Part shown: piece by piece, positions 11,237 to 24,127 of the stretch | Layout of the letters: each line of letters begins with the position of its first letter | Position numbering within the stretch: the first letter of the stretch is position 1 | Assembly: GCF_000143415.4 (NCBI RefSeq) | Contig: NW_003314271.1 | Span: 1,718,806-1,782,805 of the forward strand | From: Selaginella moellendorffii | Lineage: Eukaryota; Plantae; Lycopodiophyta | Length of the DNA stretch: 64,000 nt | Reading direction: 5' to 3' | The notes under the pieces: model-generated | The model's database searches: none | The model's input: the letters and a program-made list of their open reading frames with translations, nothing else | What the model was told of the DNA's origin: nothing | Translations under genes and position numbers: made by a program

Positions 11237-13465
11237 TTGTGTTATTATTGTTGTTATTATAGCCATTGATCAACTAGTTTTCTTTTAATTGTATTATATA
11301 AAAGACTTTCCCAATATCTCATAGTGTAAGTATTAGTATTTGAGACCAAATATGAACTTGTAAATTATAATATAGAACAGGGTTTTATTTACTTTCTAGA
11401 ATAAGAGAGCATCCATTTCCTTTATTTTTTGTATTTATTTCCTAAATAATTTCTTAAATTGTAAAAGAATAAATTACAATTTATTTCTACTGTTAATTTT
11501 TATGTTCATTTTGGAGGAATAAGAAAATTAATTGATAGAGGTTAAGATCCTAAATGATTTTGTTTTCCATTTACTAAAGATGATCTAAAAATCCAACAAT
11601 AATTTTCATTTGTATATACCTAGTAATTTCATATTTTATAATTTACTTATGTTAATAAATTTATCCTTACCTGAATATTTAGTAGAGTATAATATTCATT
11701 ATTATATAATATTGAGCTTTGATCTAAAACCAGTGCTATAAGCAATACTTTTAAGTTCTTACCACTGACTAAAATTTTTATTCCAAATGCAGTACATAAT
11801 CTATCATGTACACCATGTTTATTAGGTGGATTGAATGCATAAATAAAACTTTTAAGTACTCCTTGATATGCAAAATATACAACATGATATATTAATTGTT
11901 GTAGCTCCTCCAAAGGGATTAAAGGTAAGGTTTCCACTATAATAAATATCATCATTTGTAAGACCATTAATAAAAAAAATAATTATTTGAAATTGTGGGT
12001 ATATATTAGGTAAAGAAATCCTATTGGGAAATTGTTTTATTGGAAAAGATACTATATTTAGATCTATAAAATCAAAGCCAAAGAAATAAGAAAAATTTTA
12101 AATTTCATATTTTAGAGGTGAAAACACACTAAATATATAAATCCATTTACAACTTAAATATCTATCTTGGTCTTTGCAGAAAATAATGAATTTTTTTAAA
12201 ATTTTTTTTTCACCTTTTTCTAATCTCTATATTAACTTATACCTCATCCTTTCAAGTTAAACAACCTTTACAAGAATTATGACTTAAAGGTGAAGAGAAT
12301 AAAGAAGATTAAAAAGTAGCTATTAATTTTTTTCTTTTATGTTTTTTATAATTTTAATATTTGTTTAAGATTGGCCAACAATATAGTCATTAAGGCTAGG
12401 CACTACCAATCACAATGTTCTCATATAAGCAAAATATTTGATTTAGGAGCTCAACTACACTTCTGTTTACACTTAATAAGTTTATAGTTAGTAGCATTTG
12501 TATTGTGCAACTATTATTAAGGAGCTCCTTTTTGTAATACAAAAATGTATATATCTTATAAAGAAGTGGGTTCGAATTGCTTTGAGTGCTTTATGGTCAA
12601 GTAGTTGATGATGCCTTTTGATAATGATGCTGTCTACAAAAGACTACTGTTAAATATGTTGAGAAGTAAGGATGTTAGGGTCAAAGTTTTAGATGGAATT
12701 TTGAACACTTAGTAGTGTTGTATCAGCTTTGCTTTTCTTTCATCATCAATAACATTGCTAAGACTTGGTCTATATCCCAAAAGCTATTATCTCCTTACAT
12801 GAGCTTATTTTACTACTTGATGCAAAAGTGTTTAGTACTCCTTGAGCTCATTGAATGCCAACTTGATCACCACAGACATCTTCTTCTCAACAACATAAGT
12901 TGGTTAAGTGACTTAGAAACTTAGCTAGAAATGAATGTTGTGATGCATACCAAGCTTGAAAAATATGTTATTCTCCACCTCCAATATGGTTGAATACTAC
13001 TTTATATAAAGTTTTGTGACATTGTACAAATACTATATATTTATATTTATATAAATTTTATATAACAATACTAATAAATGATTAATAATGTGATTAGAAT
13101 TTTTAATCAAAATTAGGCACAAGACAACACCAACATGCTTTAGGGTAAGGTTTTGGGAATGACTATTTGATTGAGTTCTAATTGCTAGCATTTTCATTTC
13201 CCTTTTTGGCCTTTTGTATGTGTGTTGCAAGCCACTCCTCCCATTCATATAGCCATTCCTCTTCCAAACACAGCTACTCCTCTCCATTTACAATGGCCAT
13301 CTCCTCTCTCTTTTGCAGCCACTCCTCTCCCACTTCAACATCCATCTTCTTTCCTTCTTTCACTATTGTGTAGCATATGGGCAACCATCTCCTCTCTCAC
13401 TTGTGGCCACTCCTCTCCTTTGTGGCCATCTCCTCTCCTTCTGAAGAGGTGTGAAAACTCCTTTT

Positions 13466-13744
13466 TGCTGGATATCTACGGCAAACCCAAGGCTGCATTG
13501 AAGCTATAAATTGGATCATGCATAGCATATACCATTCATTAGCATATGCTAGCAGTTAGAATTGCCAGCCTTTCAAAGGGAGGAATCTGAATTGTGGATC
13601 CCCATCTCCATTCATCATTTTCATATCAATACACAACATTCATTCACTTGTCTTTCTTCTTAGCCCCTGGAAATTGGGGCTTTTCTCTTTTGTTTTTCTC
13701 ACTAAGGGTCAGAGTCCCTTGAGCTTGGGTTTTTGGTTGATACA
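13466..13744 (-). repeat. 3' LTR (279 bp)
   Basis: Starts TGTATCAAC right after the purine tract AGGGGAGTATAG on the minus strand; ends CCAGCA next to the target duplication. Confidence 0.8.
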
Positions 13745-16700
13745 CTATACTCCCCTGACAGAACTAGACATCGTCCTTGGTGTGAATGTAGTCTCTCGAT
13801 TTACCTTGATGATTTGCTGTGGAACTTCTCCTAAGAATTGGAGCAAACCCTTGTTGGAGATTTTGAAAACAGAAGCGATTCTTGCTGGGCTGAGGGTGAT
13901 CTTGTTTGTGACGCTGGTTATGGTGCTGTTCTTAGGGTTGAAGGAGGCAGCCAACTTCCTCGCCAGCTTTTGGTCAGGGTGTGTTGAAAAGGCCTTGTGG
14001 AAGAGCTCGAATCCATAGTCCTGTGACGGTAGGGTGGATAAGCTTGCATCTTTCTCTTCATTTTCTATGATCGAAGTGTTTTCCTTGTTAGGTTGGTTGG
14101 CTAATTGTGTGGTGCTCGATTGCTGGTGATGAATGGTATAGATTTTTTGATTGAATCGAGCTTGTTTGACTTGTCTTAATGAAAGATCAATGGTGGAGAT
14201 TGGTGATGAAGTTAACTTAAGTTCAACTGTTGAGATCTGATGAGGTGGCGTTGATCCGACAATAGCTTTGGACTTAGAGATTTTTGCTGTGGTTTGTTGC
14301 TGAAGTTAGTGGGCAAGTTCATGTTCAGTCAAGTTGAGGTGTGTTGAATTGAGTTGAGTTGAAGTTTGTCTGTTGGGGTGATTGTCTACTGTTGGTTTTG
14401 GGGTGTTTGTTGGTTCGGGTCAGAAACTTGCTGAGGTGGTGATGCTGAACATGTGGACGTGATATGGTCGAAGCTTGTTGAGGTTTACTATCTCAATGAA
14501 GTCTTCGGCAAGCGTGCTGACTTTGGCGGTGCTGGTGGGGTAGTGTAATGATTTTGAAAGGTCCTTGCCAGTTGGTGTGGAGTTTTCAGCCAAGTTTGCC
14601 AATGGGTCCCCGGTACCAAAGAACATGATCATCAATGCTGTCTTTCGGAATGTTGTTTTGGGATGCTTGTCATTCGTGCCGAGCTTTTCTCTGTTTTTGG
14701 ATGGCGTGAAGTGTCCAGAGGGCGTTGAGTCAAAGTTCGTTGAGACATTTGAGTTGCCTCGCATGCTTGGGACGATGAATTTGATTGGCGTGATGGCTTC
14801 TGTTCCAAAGGTGAGTTTGAATGGCATCATGTCGGTGGTGACTTTATACACAGTTCGATAGGGCCAAAGTACGTCAAGAAGTTTTTTGTCCCAGTCTTTG
14901 TCTAAATCGTTGATGACTTTTTTGAGGATGCTTCAGTGTTTTGTTCATTACTTTTGCTTGACTGTTACCTTGAGGATAGTATGGTGTCGACGTTTTGTGT
15001 TGGATTTTGAACTCAGTGGCGTGTTTTGTTGATGAAGTGGTACCTCTGTTGGTGACGAGTTTGAGTGGTGTGCTGAAATGAGTGATGATAGTTTTGTAGA
15101 TGAAGGTTGTTGCTTTTATTGTGGTGTATTGGAGAGGTATTGCTTCAGCCCACTTGGTAGTGGTGGCAATGACGATGTACTGGTTCGTTGACGGGTACTG
15201 ACTTGGGGTCCAACAAAGTCGGGTCCCCATTTCTGAAATGGTGCCATCGGGAATGTTGAGTTGAGTTGTTGAGTCTGAGTTTTCAGCGGTAATCAATGTC
15301 ATTGACATGTGTCACAGCGTTTGCAGAATTCTTTGGTGTCGTGCCAGAGTGTCGGCCACCAAAGGTCGACTTGAAGAATCTTCTGAGTTGTGGTGTCGGT
15401 GGCAAAGTGTCTGCCAAAAGGTCCAGCATGAGCTTCCTTGATGATTTGAGTTGTGCTTGGCAACTGGATGCATCAGCGAAGAATGTTATCGATGCTGAGT
15501 TTGTAGAGACTGCCCCTAATGACTAAGTATCGATGGGTCTTAGTGACAAAAGCTTCTTTTGGTCGGATGTGGTGTACTGAACTGGAACTTTTGCTAAGTT
15601 CAGGTAACTAAAGACATTGTTGAGCTAGGTTGCTGGTATTGAAATTCGGAATAGGTTTGAGTCGGGTAAGTCATTGGTGAGTCTTTTAGGTTTGTCGCCA
15701 GTGGTGATCCGGCTGAGATAGTCTGCTTGCTCGTGATTTTTTCTGGGTTTGTGGATGATTTCGAAGTTGTATTCTTGTAGTAAAAGGAACCATCTTGATA
15801 TTTGACCAGATAGTATCGGCTTGTTGATGAGGTAAAGGAGTGCCTTGTGGTCGACAAAAAGGAGAACTTTGGTTGATAGTATGTAGTGTCGGAACTTCTG
15901 AAGTGAGTAGACCATGCTGAGAGCTTCTTTCTCAGTGGTGGTGTAGTTTCGTTCAGCTGGGTTGAGTAGTTGGCTGGTGTAGTAGATTGGTTGATCTTGG
16001 TTGTCATGCTGAGTTTGGCTAAGAATTGCACTAGTGGCAACATCGGAAGTGTCGACATGAATGTGGAACTCTTGTGTCCAGTCGGGTTTGGTGAGGATCG
16101 GTGCTGTTGTGAGTTTGAGTTGGAGATTGTTGAATGCTTGTTGCTGTTCAATTGTCCATGTCCATTGGGTATCTTGCTTCAGTTTGTCGGTGAGTGGTTG
16201 GCAAAATGAGCGTACCTGTGGATGAAGCGTCAGTGATATCTGACTTTGCCGAGGAAGCATAGAAGTTCTTTCTGATTCTTCGGCGGTTCAAGGTTGGAGA
16301 TGACGTCGACTTTGTCCTTGTCGATGAGAATGCCGTCTTTGCAGACAACATGGCCGAGAAGTACTCCAGATTTGACAAAGAAAGCACATTTGTCGGGGTT
16401 GAGTGCTATGTTATGCTCCTCACACTTGTCAAGGCATTTCTCGAGGCATTCAAGATGTCAATCTTCTAAACTGAAGACGCTAAAGTCATCCATGAAGACT
16501 CTCATGAAGTCGGTGAGGTAGTCTCGGAACATGTTGGTGACAAGCCATTGGAGTCCAAAAGGCATTTGTCAGTAAGCATAGGCTCCCCATGGACTGATAA
16601 ATGCTGTCTTGTGCTGATCTTCTTCAGCAATGTTGATTTTGTTGTAGCCGGAGGAAGGAGTACATCTCGTGTCCGGTCATTGCATCAAGAACTTTGTTGG

Positions 16701-19700
16701 TAAATGGTATCGGGAAGACATCTTTTTTGGTGGCATCATTGAGATGTTTATAGTTGACACAGATTTGAAGTTTGCCGTTTTTCTTCGGCACAACCACCAG
16801 TGGTGAAAGCCAAATTGGATTCTGAATTGGGTAGATGTACTTAACTTGGAGAAGCTTGTTGAGTTCTTTCTTGACTTGTTCCATCAAATTCAGATTCATC
16901 TGGTAGGCTGCTTGTCTTCTCGGTTTTGAGTCCGGAAGAAGGTTAATGATGTGAAGGCTGAGTTTCGGTGAAACTCCCTTAAGGTCTTGGTAACTCTAAG
17001 TGAACAAGTGTTTCTTCTTTTGGAGAAGTTTGATGCCTTTGTCTCAAAAACTTGCTGAGATGTCAGTGGCAAGTACAAAGTGTTAGTTGCCATCATCAGC
17101 AAGGCTGACTTTTTCGAGTTTTTGATTGGCTGGAATTGTCAGAATGTAGGTGACTTTGTTTTGGTTGTCGACTATGAATGCTAGTGGCACTTTGAGTTTT
17201 GTATTTCGAGTGACTGGATCTAATGTTGATAAGTCTGTTGTGACTGGACAGCAATTTGGTTGCTTTTGTCGACATGGTTGTCGGTCCATCTGCTCCTCGA
17301 AGGATAAGATTGTTGTTGGGCCAGTCTTGATAAACTTGGGCACTTTGGAGCCAAGGTCGACTGAGGAGAATCGAGTATCCATCGCTTTGCTCTGGTAGTT
17401 TGAGGACAACATAGTTAACTAGTATTTCAACACCTTGAATGCTGGTGTTGACTTTTCGGATGGTGCCTTTGGGTTGAACAGATTGGTGGTCGGCCATTCG
17501 GATGTTGAAAGGTGCTGGGTGGACTAGGCTGATGTTGAGTTGGTGAACAAGACTTTCTTCAATAATATTGACACTGGAGCTGCCATCAATTATGGCTTTG
17601 CAAACAAGGTGTTTGTCAAGTCGTAGGTTGATTGTCGGAACATCATTGTTGCAATCGCCTAGTTGAATCTTGGTTCGAAATGTGTCAACAGCTGTCCATG
17701 TCAGGTTGAGTTTGGGTGAGTCTGTTAGAGTATTGTTCAGTGCAGATATCAGATCAGTGAGTTGTTTAGTGAGGTAGGGTGCAATCTTCAGCAGTTGGCC
17801 AATGGTGATATGAATATTTTGGTGAAGGATAGTCTCTGCTACTTCTTGTATTTCCTTGAAGTTTGTTGAATTTTGTGCCAGTGTCGGTGTTAGTGTCAAT
17901 GTCAAACAATTTGTTTGTCGGTTTTTGAGTCTTGGCATTGTTGTTTAGCTAGTGATGGTTGAGCTTCATTGTCAGAGTGTAAAATCACTAATTCGGGTGG
18001 TTGTAGAGTGAGTTGCCATTGTATCTTGGCGGCTATGTTCTGCTTCTTTTTCCATTCCCAGAGTTTTTTGGGCCCTTCTCTTCACTATCTTTAGAATCTC
18101 TGTCCGGTTGTTGTTTTTTTTTTTGCTCGAATTTGTGCTTGAGTTTGTACTGCCATGACTTGAGGATCGGAGTCATCATTATCAGCATAAGGTAGTTCAT
18201 CAGTCTTGACCATCCTTGTTGTTGGTGGTCGCTGCTGGTTTTGATTTTGTTGTCGAGGAGGCGGTGGACCAAGTCTCGATAGACCTCCTTGGTTTTGAAG
18301 TCGAGGTTGCCATGGCTGGTTGTTGTAGTTGCCTTGGTAGCCCTGGTTTTGATAACCTTGACCTTGGTATTGTCGGTTCTGGTATCTTGAGTATTGTTGG
18401 TATCCTGGGTTGTAGTTGTCTTAGTTTGCTGCGTGGTTTCGGTTTGGCGGGTATTATCGATCATTGTAGTTGTTATTGTAGTCATTGTTGTAATTGTTGT
18501 TGTAGTTGTTGTAGCAAGGTTGATCTTTCCATTGTTGGCTCTGCTATTGGAAGTTGTTTCTTGGTGGTCTTCAATTTATCGAAGGTGGTGTTAGGTAGTT
18601 GTCAAAGTATTGATTTGGATATGGTTATCGAAATTGCTGTCAGGGATAGTTCGAGATTTATCAAACTTCCGGAGAATTTTGAAATCTGCAAGTCTTGGCG
18701 TCATGACCACCTTTGGCACAGATCTGGCATTTGGAGATTTGGAGTTTGCAGTCACTTGCCAGATGTCCTTCATTCTTGCTAGTACACCAAATTCCAGATT
18801 GAAATTCTTTGATGTCGGCCTTGGCTTTTCCCTTGATCTTGTCGATTGTTTTCCTGAGTTTCTGAAGTTTTGACTTGGCACTCTCTCCGAGTTCATCATT
18901 GGAGTCATCGTCGGAACTGCTGTCAGAATCTGAGTTGTCCATATCGTCGACTTGTGCTGTCATTTGTCGAGCTTGAACATCTTGAAGAGCTCTTGTGAGT
19001 TCGAGGTAAGTGGTGACATTGATGTGTATTGTGGCTTCTTGGAAGGATCGTCGGAGACCTTGCATGTACCATTGGTAAAGTAAAGTTTCAGTGGCACTGT
19101 TGCTACATTTGCTGGCATGTCAAGCGAAGGTTTGAGTGTAGTCCTCGATGGATTGACCAGACTTCTGCTTGAGTTTTGGGATCTTGTGAAGTCGTTGGCT
19201 TTGAGTGAGGGAAGACTTGAATCGGTCAATGAGCTTGAGTGTGAGGTCATCGAAACTTGTATTTTGAGGAAGCATTTGAGCCCATTCATTGGCTCGCTTT
19301 CGAAGGGTACATCAGAAGTAGTATGGGAGTTCGGTTGTGTGGCCGTTGATATGGATTGCTTCTCAAAACTGTTCAACATGTGTCTCGGTGTCTTCCAACT
19401 TCAGACCATGAAATAGTGGATAGGAGACATGTCTTCTGACGGGTATGTTGGCTACGGCGGTAGTGACTACCATTTGCTGTTGGTAGTAATGTCGGTATTG
19501 TCAAGGTTGTTTTGTCGGGTTCTCACCATGGAGTCCGAAGGTGATTTGGAGCAAGGGGTTGTTAGGGTTGACAACAAAGTTGGTGTAGGAGGGAGCTGGT
19601 GAATTGTTGTTGTTGTTTAGTGGACTCTCCTCTATTTTTTCTTCTTTCTTGGGACTTTTATCGGTGTGTCGTCGGTGTTTGGTTGCTTGCCAGTGTTGAT

Positions 19701-19804
19701 TTTCAGAAGATGCTTGTTGAACTTGTTGTCAAAGTACTTGTCAGAGTTATGTTGTGTTGGTTGTGGTGGTTCTTCTGGATTGTCGAAGAGTTCTTCGAAT
19801 GTAT

Positions 19805-20710
19805 AATTGTGTGATGATTGTGGTTGCTGTTGAAGATTATTGTCGTCGATGATTGGTTCGTCAACCTCATTGTTGTTGGACGATTATAGTTGTTCGTCAG
19901 CTCGGTGTGAGTGGTTGACTTCTTCGTCGAGTGCTTGACTATTGGATGATTCAGGTTGTTCGTCTTTACCGCTATTGACTAGGTATATCGGAGTGCAACT
20001 ATAGTGGGTGAAGTCAAGTTGTTGTCTTGTCAGTGTGTTAAAGTTGAAAGCATGTTTGAAAGGTCTGGCTGATAGCGGGCTTCAGTAGAAGTTGGATGCA
20101 AATATGAGATATATCGGCGTTGTTGAAGATTGGTTGGTATGGTGAAAATGGTACTAGTCTAGTGAAGTCTGTAAAGCTGGGCAGGAAACTCAGTCATTCA
20201 TTGTCACTGTAGATGGGGTTGGTGAATGTACCTTTGAAGTGGTTGTATGCTTTGAAGTGGTTGAATTGTGTGATGATTGTGGTTGCTGTTGAAGATTATT
20301 ATCGTCGACGATTGGTTCGTCAACCTCATTGTTGTTGGATGATTATAGTTGTTCGTCAGCTCAGTGTGAGTGGTTGACTTCTTCGTCAAGTGCTTGACTA
20401 TTGGATGATTCAGGTTGTTCGTCTTTACCGCTATTGACTAAGTATATCGGAGTGCGACTATAGTGGGTGAAGTCAAGTTGTTGTCTTGTCAGTGTGTTAA
20501 AGTTGAAAGCGTGTTCGAAAGGTTTGGCTGATAGCGGGCTTCAGTAGAAGTTGGATGCAAATATGGGATATATCGGTGTTGTTGAAGATTGGTTGGTATG
20601 GTGAAAATGGTATTAGTCTAGTGAAGTCTGTAAAGCTGGGCAGGAAACTTAGTCATTTGTTGTCACTGTAGATGGGGTTGGTGAATGTACCTTTGGAGTG
20701 GTTGTATGCT
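19805..20710. repeat. Tandem duplication, period 459 bp, inside the gypsy 5' region
   Basis: 19805-20251 closely matches 20264-20710, with a 12-bp junction TTGAAGTGGTTG. Confidence 0.9.
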
Positions 20711-20883
20711 GCTTGAAAAATGTTTTGTTGCTCGAGCGTAGTTTGTGTCAACTGCTCAAATGTTTGGTCAGGCTCAGGCACTTCGGTGGGTGCTGTTGAG
20801 GGTGCTACCGGTGGTGTGTCTGGTGGTGTTGTGTAGTTGTCATATTCTTCATGAATGTCCGAGACTAGTTTGTTAGAGTTAAA

Positions 20884-21091
20884 CGAGTGAATGAATGCTG
20901 TGTATTGATATGAAAATGATGAGTGGAGATGGGGATCCACAATTCGGATTCCCCCCTTTGAAAGGCTGGCAGTTTTAACTGCTAGCATATGTTAATAAAT
21001 GGTATATGTTGTGCATGATCCAATCTATGGCTCTGATGCAACCTTGGGTTCAGGGTTGGAGTCCCTTAAGCTTGGGTTTTTTGTTGATACA
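20884..21091 (-). repeat. Rearranged 5' LTR: 40-bp direct segment plus 167-bp inverted segment
   Basis: 21052-21091 is a direct copy of 13705-13744; 20884-21050 is the reverse complement of 13484-13650. Confidence 0.88.
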
Positions 21092-24000
21092 CCTTTTTCC
21101 ACCATTGGGCAACATGTGGATAACCATCTCCTCTCCCAATCATAGCCATTTCTTTCACACTTTGTAACCATCTCCTTTCCCTCACAATCTCATTATACTT
21201 GGCCTACCATCTCTTTTGCTTCTTTCACCATCTCCTTATACTTGGGCTGCCACTACATCTCTCCCTCTTCAAGCCATCATTATTAATCTTTTCTTTTGCT
21301 AAGATGTTAGTTATGCTTTGACTTTGGGCTATTTGGGACTTTTGTTTCCTTCTTCTTTTGTGCATGGTTTTTATTTGATCTTTGCATTGCAAGGATCTTA
21401 GAAAAATAAAGTCTCAAAGTTCCTAAATCTTTAAACAATCTCTAAATCTTTAGGTTTGTGGAGTTCCAAGATCTTGTTTGAAATCCTTAAGGGTCTCTAA
21501 AATTCTTAAATCTATAAAGTGCTTTAAGATTTTATTTCATTTCTAGCTTTTATTTAGAAGTTTAATGTTTTGAAACATCTATGATTGGCTGAGTTCAAAG
21601 TGCCTATGATTGAATGATCTTGAAATGCCTTAGTTTAACATAGTAAACGTTAGAAGTAAATATTAGTTTTAAATGTTTTTACTTTTAACTTGATGATTGA
21701 TTCATTTCTTTTGTTTGGTTTTGCAGGTTCTTGTGTTTGAGTAGGAATATAGATTTCATTATTGTCTATATTGTGATTCTCTCTCTAGCCTCCTCATGTA
21801 GATCTTACAACTTCTTGTAGCTTGAGATTGAAGTTTGCTTAACTCATTTTTTGGAGGTGGTGGTGATCTTTATTCATTCTTTCCAAGTATATAAAAGATG
21901 TGTCTTAATTAAGTTGTAAATTCCAACATGTATTTCTCCCCTTTTTTTTTCTTCTTTGTCTTTTTTTATTTTAGCTTTGTTTTGTTTGTGAGCCTTTTAT
22001 TTGAGTTGTTGTTTCTTAGCATTCTTTCTTTACTTTTTCTCTTCGTCCATATGTGCCTTCTTTTCAATTTTTTTTGTAAGCTCAACATAAAATTTCTTTA
22101 AATTAATTGCAATGCTTATTATAATAAGCAAGCTTAGAAGTCTTGATGATGAAACATTGCTAGTTTTGAATACTAATTTTGCTAATTTTGTTTTGTTATC
22201 TTGATTTTCTTTATGGTTTTTTTTGCTATTTCTTTCATTGTTATAGCCTTCAGTCATCATCATTAAGTCCTTTACTACTTGAATATAAGCCATAAATTTG
22301 AGCTTCCCAAAAAGTCATCTAGCCTAATAATATTCAAACTTAAGGATATTTAACTCTAAATATTTTAAAATCATTAATTGATTGAAAAAAAGGATGCACT
22401 TTTGTTCATAAGCCTTTTTCTTCTATATTTGAACCCTTATAAAGTGTCTCTTGAGTTATTCTCTTTAATTGCTTACATTGAATTTCCTCTAAGGTGGTTA
22501 TGTATAATGCATTCACTCTATATTCATTATCCATTCTCACGTTGTTTAATAGATAATGTATGAACTTAGCTTTGATGTTACTCTTTAAATGCAATAAGTG
22601 ACACTTTTGAAACCAATTAAGCAATATTCTTCTTTGTAGGTATTATATTCATCATCCATCTTTATTGATTAACAAAATTCTTAAAAACTAGTTTTGAATG
22701 ACCTAAAAACATATAATTTTTGTGATGTATAGGTGGGATTAGTGTTATGTTAATGCCTAGGGATACTATTTTCACCAAAGCCACAAGGTTGCAATAGCTC
22801 TTATGACCATCTACTATAAAAATGTGTAAGTGTACAGTTTATAAAGTAATCAAGACAACTAAGATATAAAAGATTATTGATCCATGCTTTTTCACTAATA
22901 GTTAATACACTTGACTAACAACCTATTATCTAGTTAGCCATTCTTTAATCTGTTTGGAAGATATATATATTTAGAATTATTTATCTCCTGCATTGCAATA
23001 TGTCAGTGTAGTGAGATACTCAATGTTATTTAGAGTGATTATGTAAAACAATTTAAAACTTTATAGAACTAACACCTTCATACCTTGAGTTTGACTAATA
23101 AATATTACAACTTTATCATAGTTCTATATTCTCTTTAGTGTGTATCTTTTAATGGTGTATATACTCTCTAAGTTTTGGTAGGTTACATCTATAACAGACT
23201 TGTTTATAAACTTTATGCAATTAATTCCTAATGATTTTGCAATTCTATATATGAGTTTTAGATGGTGTTTTAAAAATCTACTTTACTACAATCTTTCAAG
23301 TGTTCTATGAGAGAATGGATTTGGTTCTTTGTGGGAGCTAAAAAAAATATTACTTTTATAACACTGATTTTCTACATTAGTTACTCAATTTTTTGGCAAA
23401 TTATAAGGAATTTTTCAAGAATTGCATTTTCAAGTATAAGCATAATTTTTAATTTTTTAATTTTTTATCTTTTGAATTCCATCTCTCTAAGCTGATAACA
23501 ATGACTTTAAAATGTTATATTTTTTAAATGTAACCTTTTTATTTAGCCCATCATTTAATGGCCTTTTTGAAATCTTCTTCTTTTATTCATATGCATTGTT
23601 GTTATTTTCTAACGGGGTGAATTATAAAAAAATAATAAGTTCTATAATGTTTCCTCTTTTAACATTATTTACTTATATAAACCCTAGGTGAAAGTATTGA
23701 TGAAGAAGTAACAATTATAAGCATTTTGCTATTTAATAATAGAGATGTACTTCATTAATGTGAGTGCATAAGATACAGAAATATAATTAACTTAAAAACT
23801 TTAGCTTATATAAAGCAAATGGTCCTCACACACTTAATCATTTAATTTTGCAATCACAAATCTCCTTATCACACATCTTTATATTTAAATTATGAAATAG
23901 ATTTTTAAATATTTAAACTCTTTTATATCATTAAAATACTTACAAATTCTTAATTTCTATCAAATAAAACTAATAATCTTTAATTTTTTAGTTTTACATA

Positions 24001-24127
24001 AAATAACCTAAAAGTTCTCAATTACTCACGCTTTTTTATTGAACTTTTATTTTTTATCTTCGAGTCTAGGGTTTTTGGGGAGCTAGGTAGGGCATCAAAG
24101 GCTCCGCCTGGGCGTGGAAGGGCAGCG

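Larger units (their letters stand above)
13466..21091 (-). mobile_element. Decayed Ty3/gypsy LTR retrotransposon (gag-PR-RT-RH-INT) with rearranged 5' LTR
   Basis: gag from ATG 19529 (MVRTRQN) with zinc knuckles CTSKNEGHLASDC and CQICAKGGHDAKTC; protease AIIDGSSSVNII; RT WLSPLVVVPKKNGKLQICVNY; RNase H FHIHVDTSD...AERNYTTTEKEAL; integrase TKWAEAIP...TPYYPQGNSQA. TG...CA ends, PPT at about 13745-13756, flanking CCTTTT on both sides; many stops and frameshifts. Confidence 0.92.

Noticed and set aside
9620-13180. AT-rich DNA with short ORFs (e.g. 11647-11967), possible transposase remnant
   Set aside because: No diagnostic motifs or termini found; the ORFs are compatible with chance.
21020-21045. 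TTGCATCAGAGCC on the minus strand resembles a tRNA-iMet primer binding site
   Set aside because: It lies inside the inverted LTR segment and the other copy reads CTGCATTGAAGCT, so it is best explained as chance transition decay.
13466-21091. DIRS-type element suggested by inverted terminal repeats
   Set aside because: It encodes an aspartic protease and DDE integrase, has a PPT and TSD, and shows no tyrosine recombinase.
21280-24050. Possible CACTA/MULE remnant (LNWFQKC in 22406-22624)
   Set aside because: A single weak motif; no terminal repeats identified.
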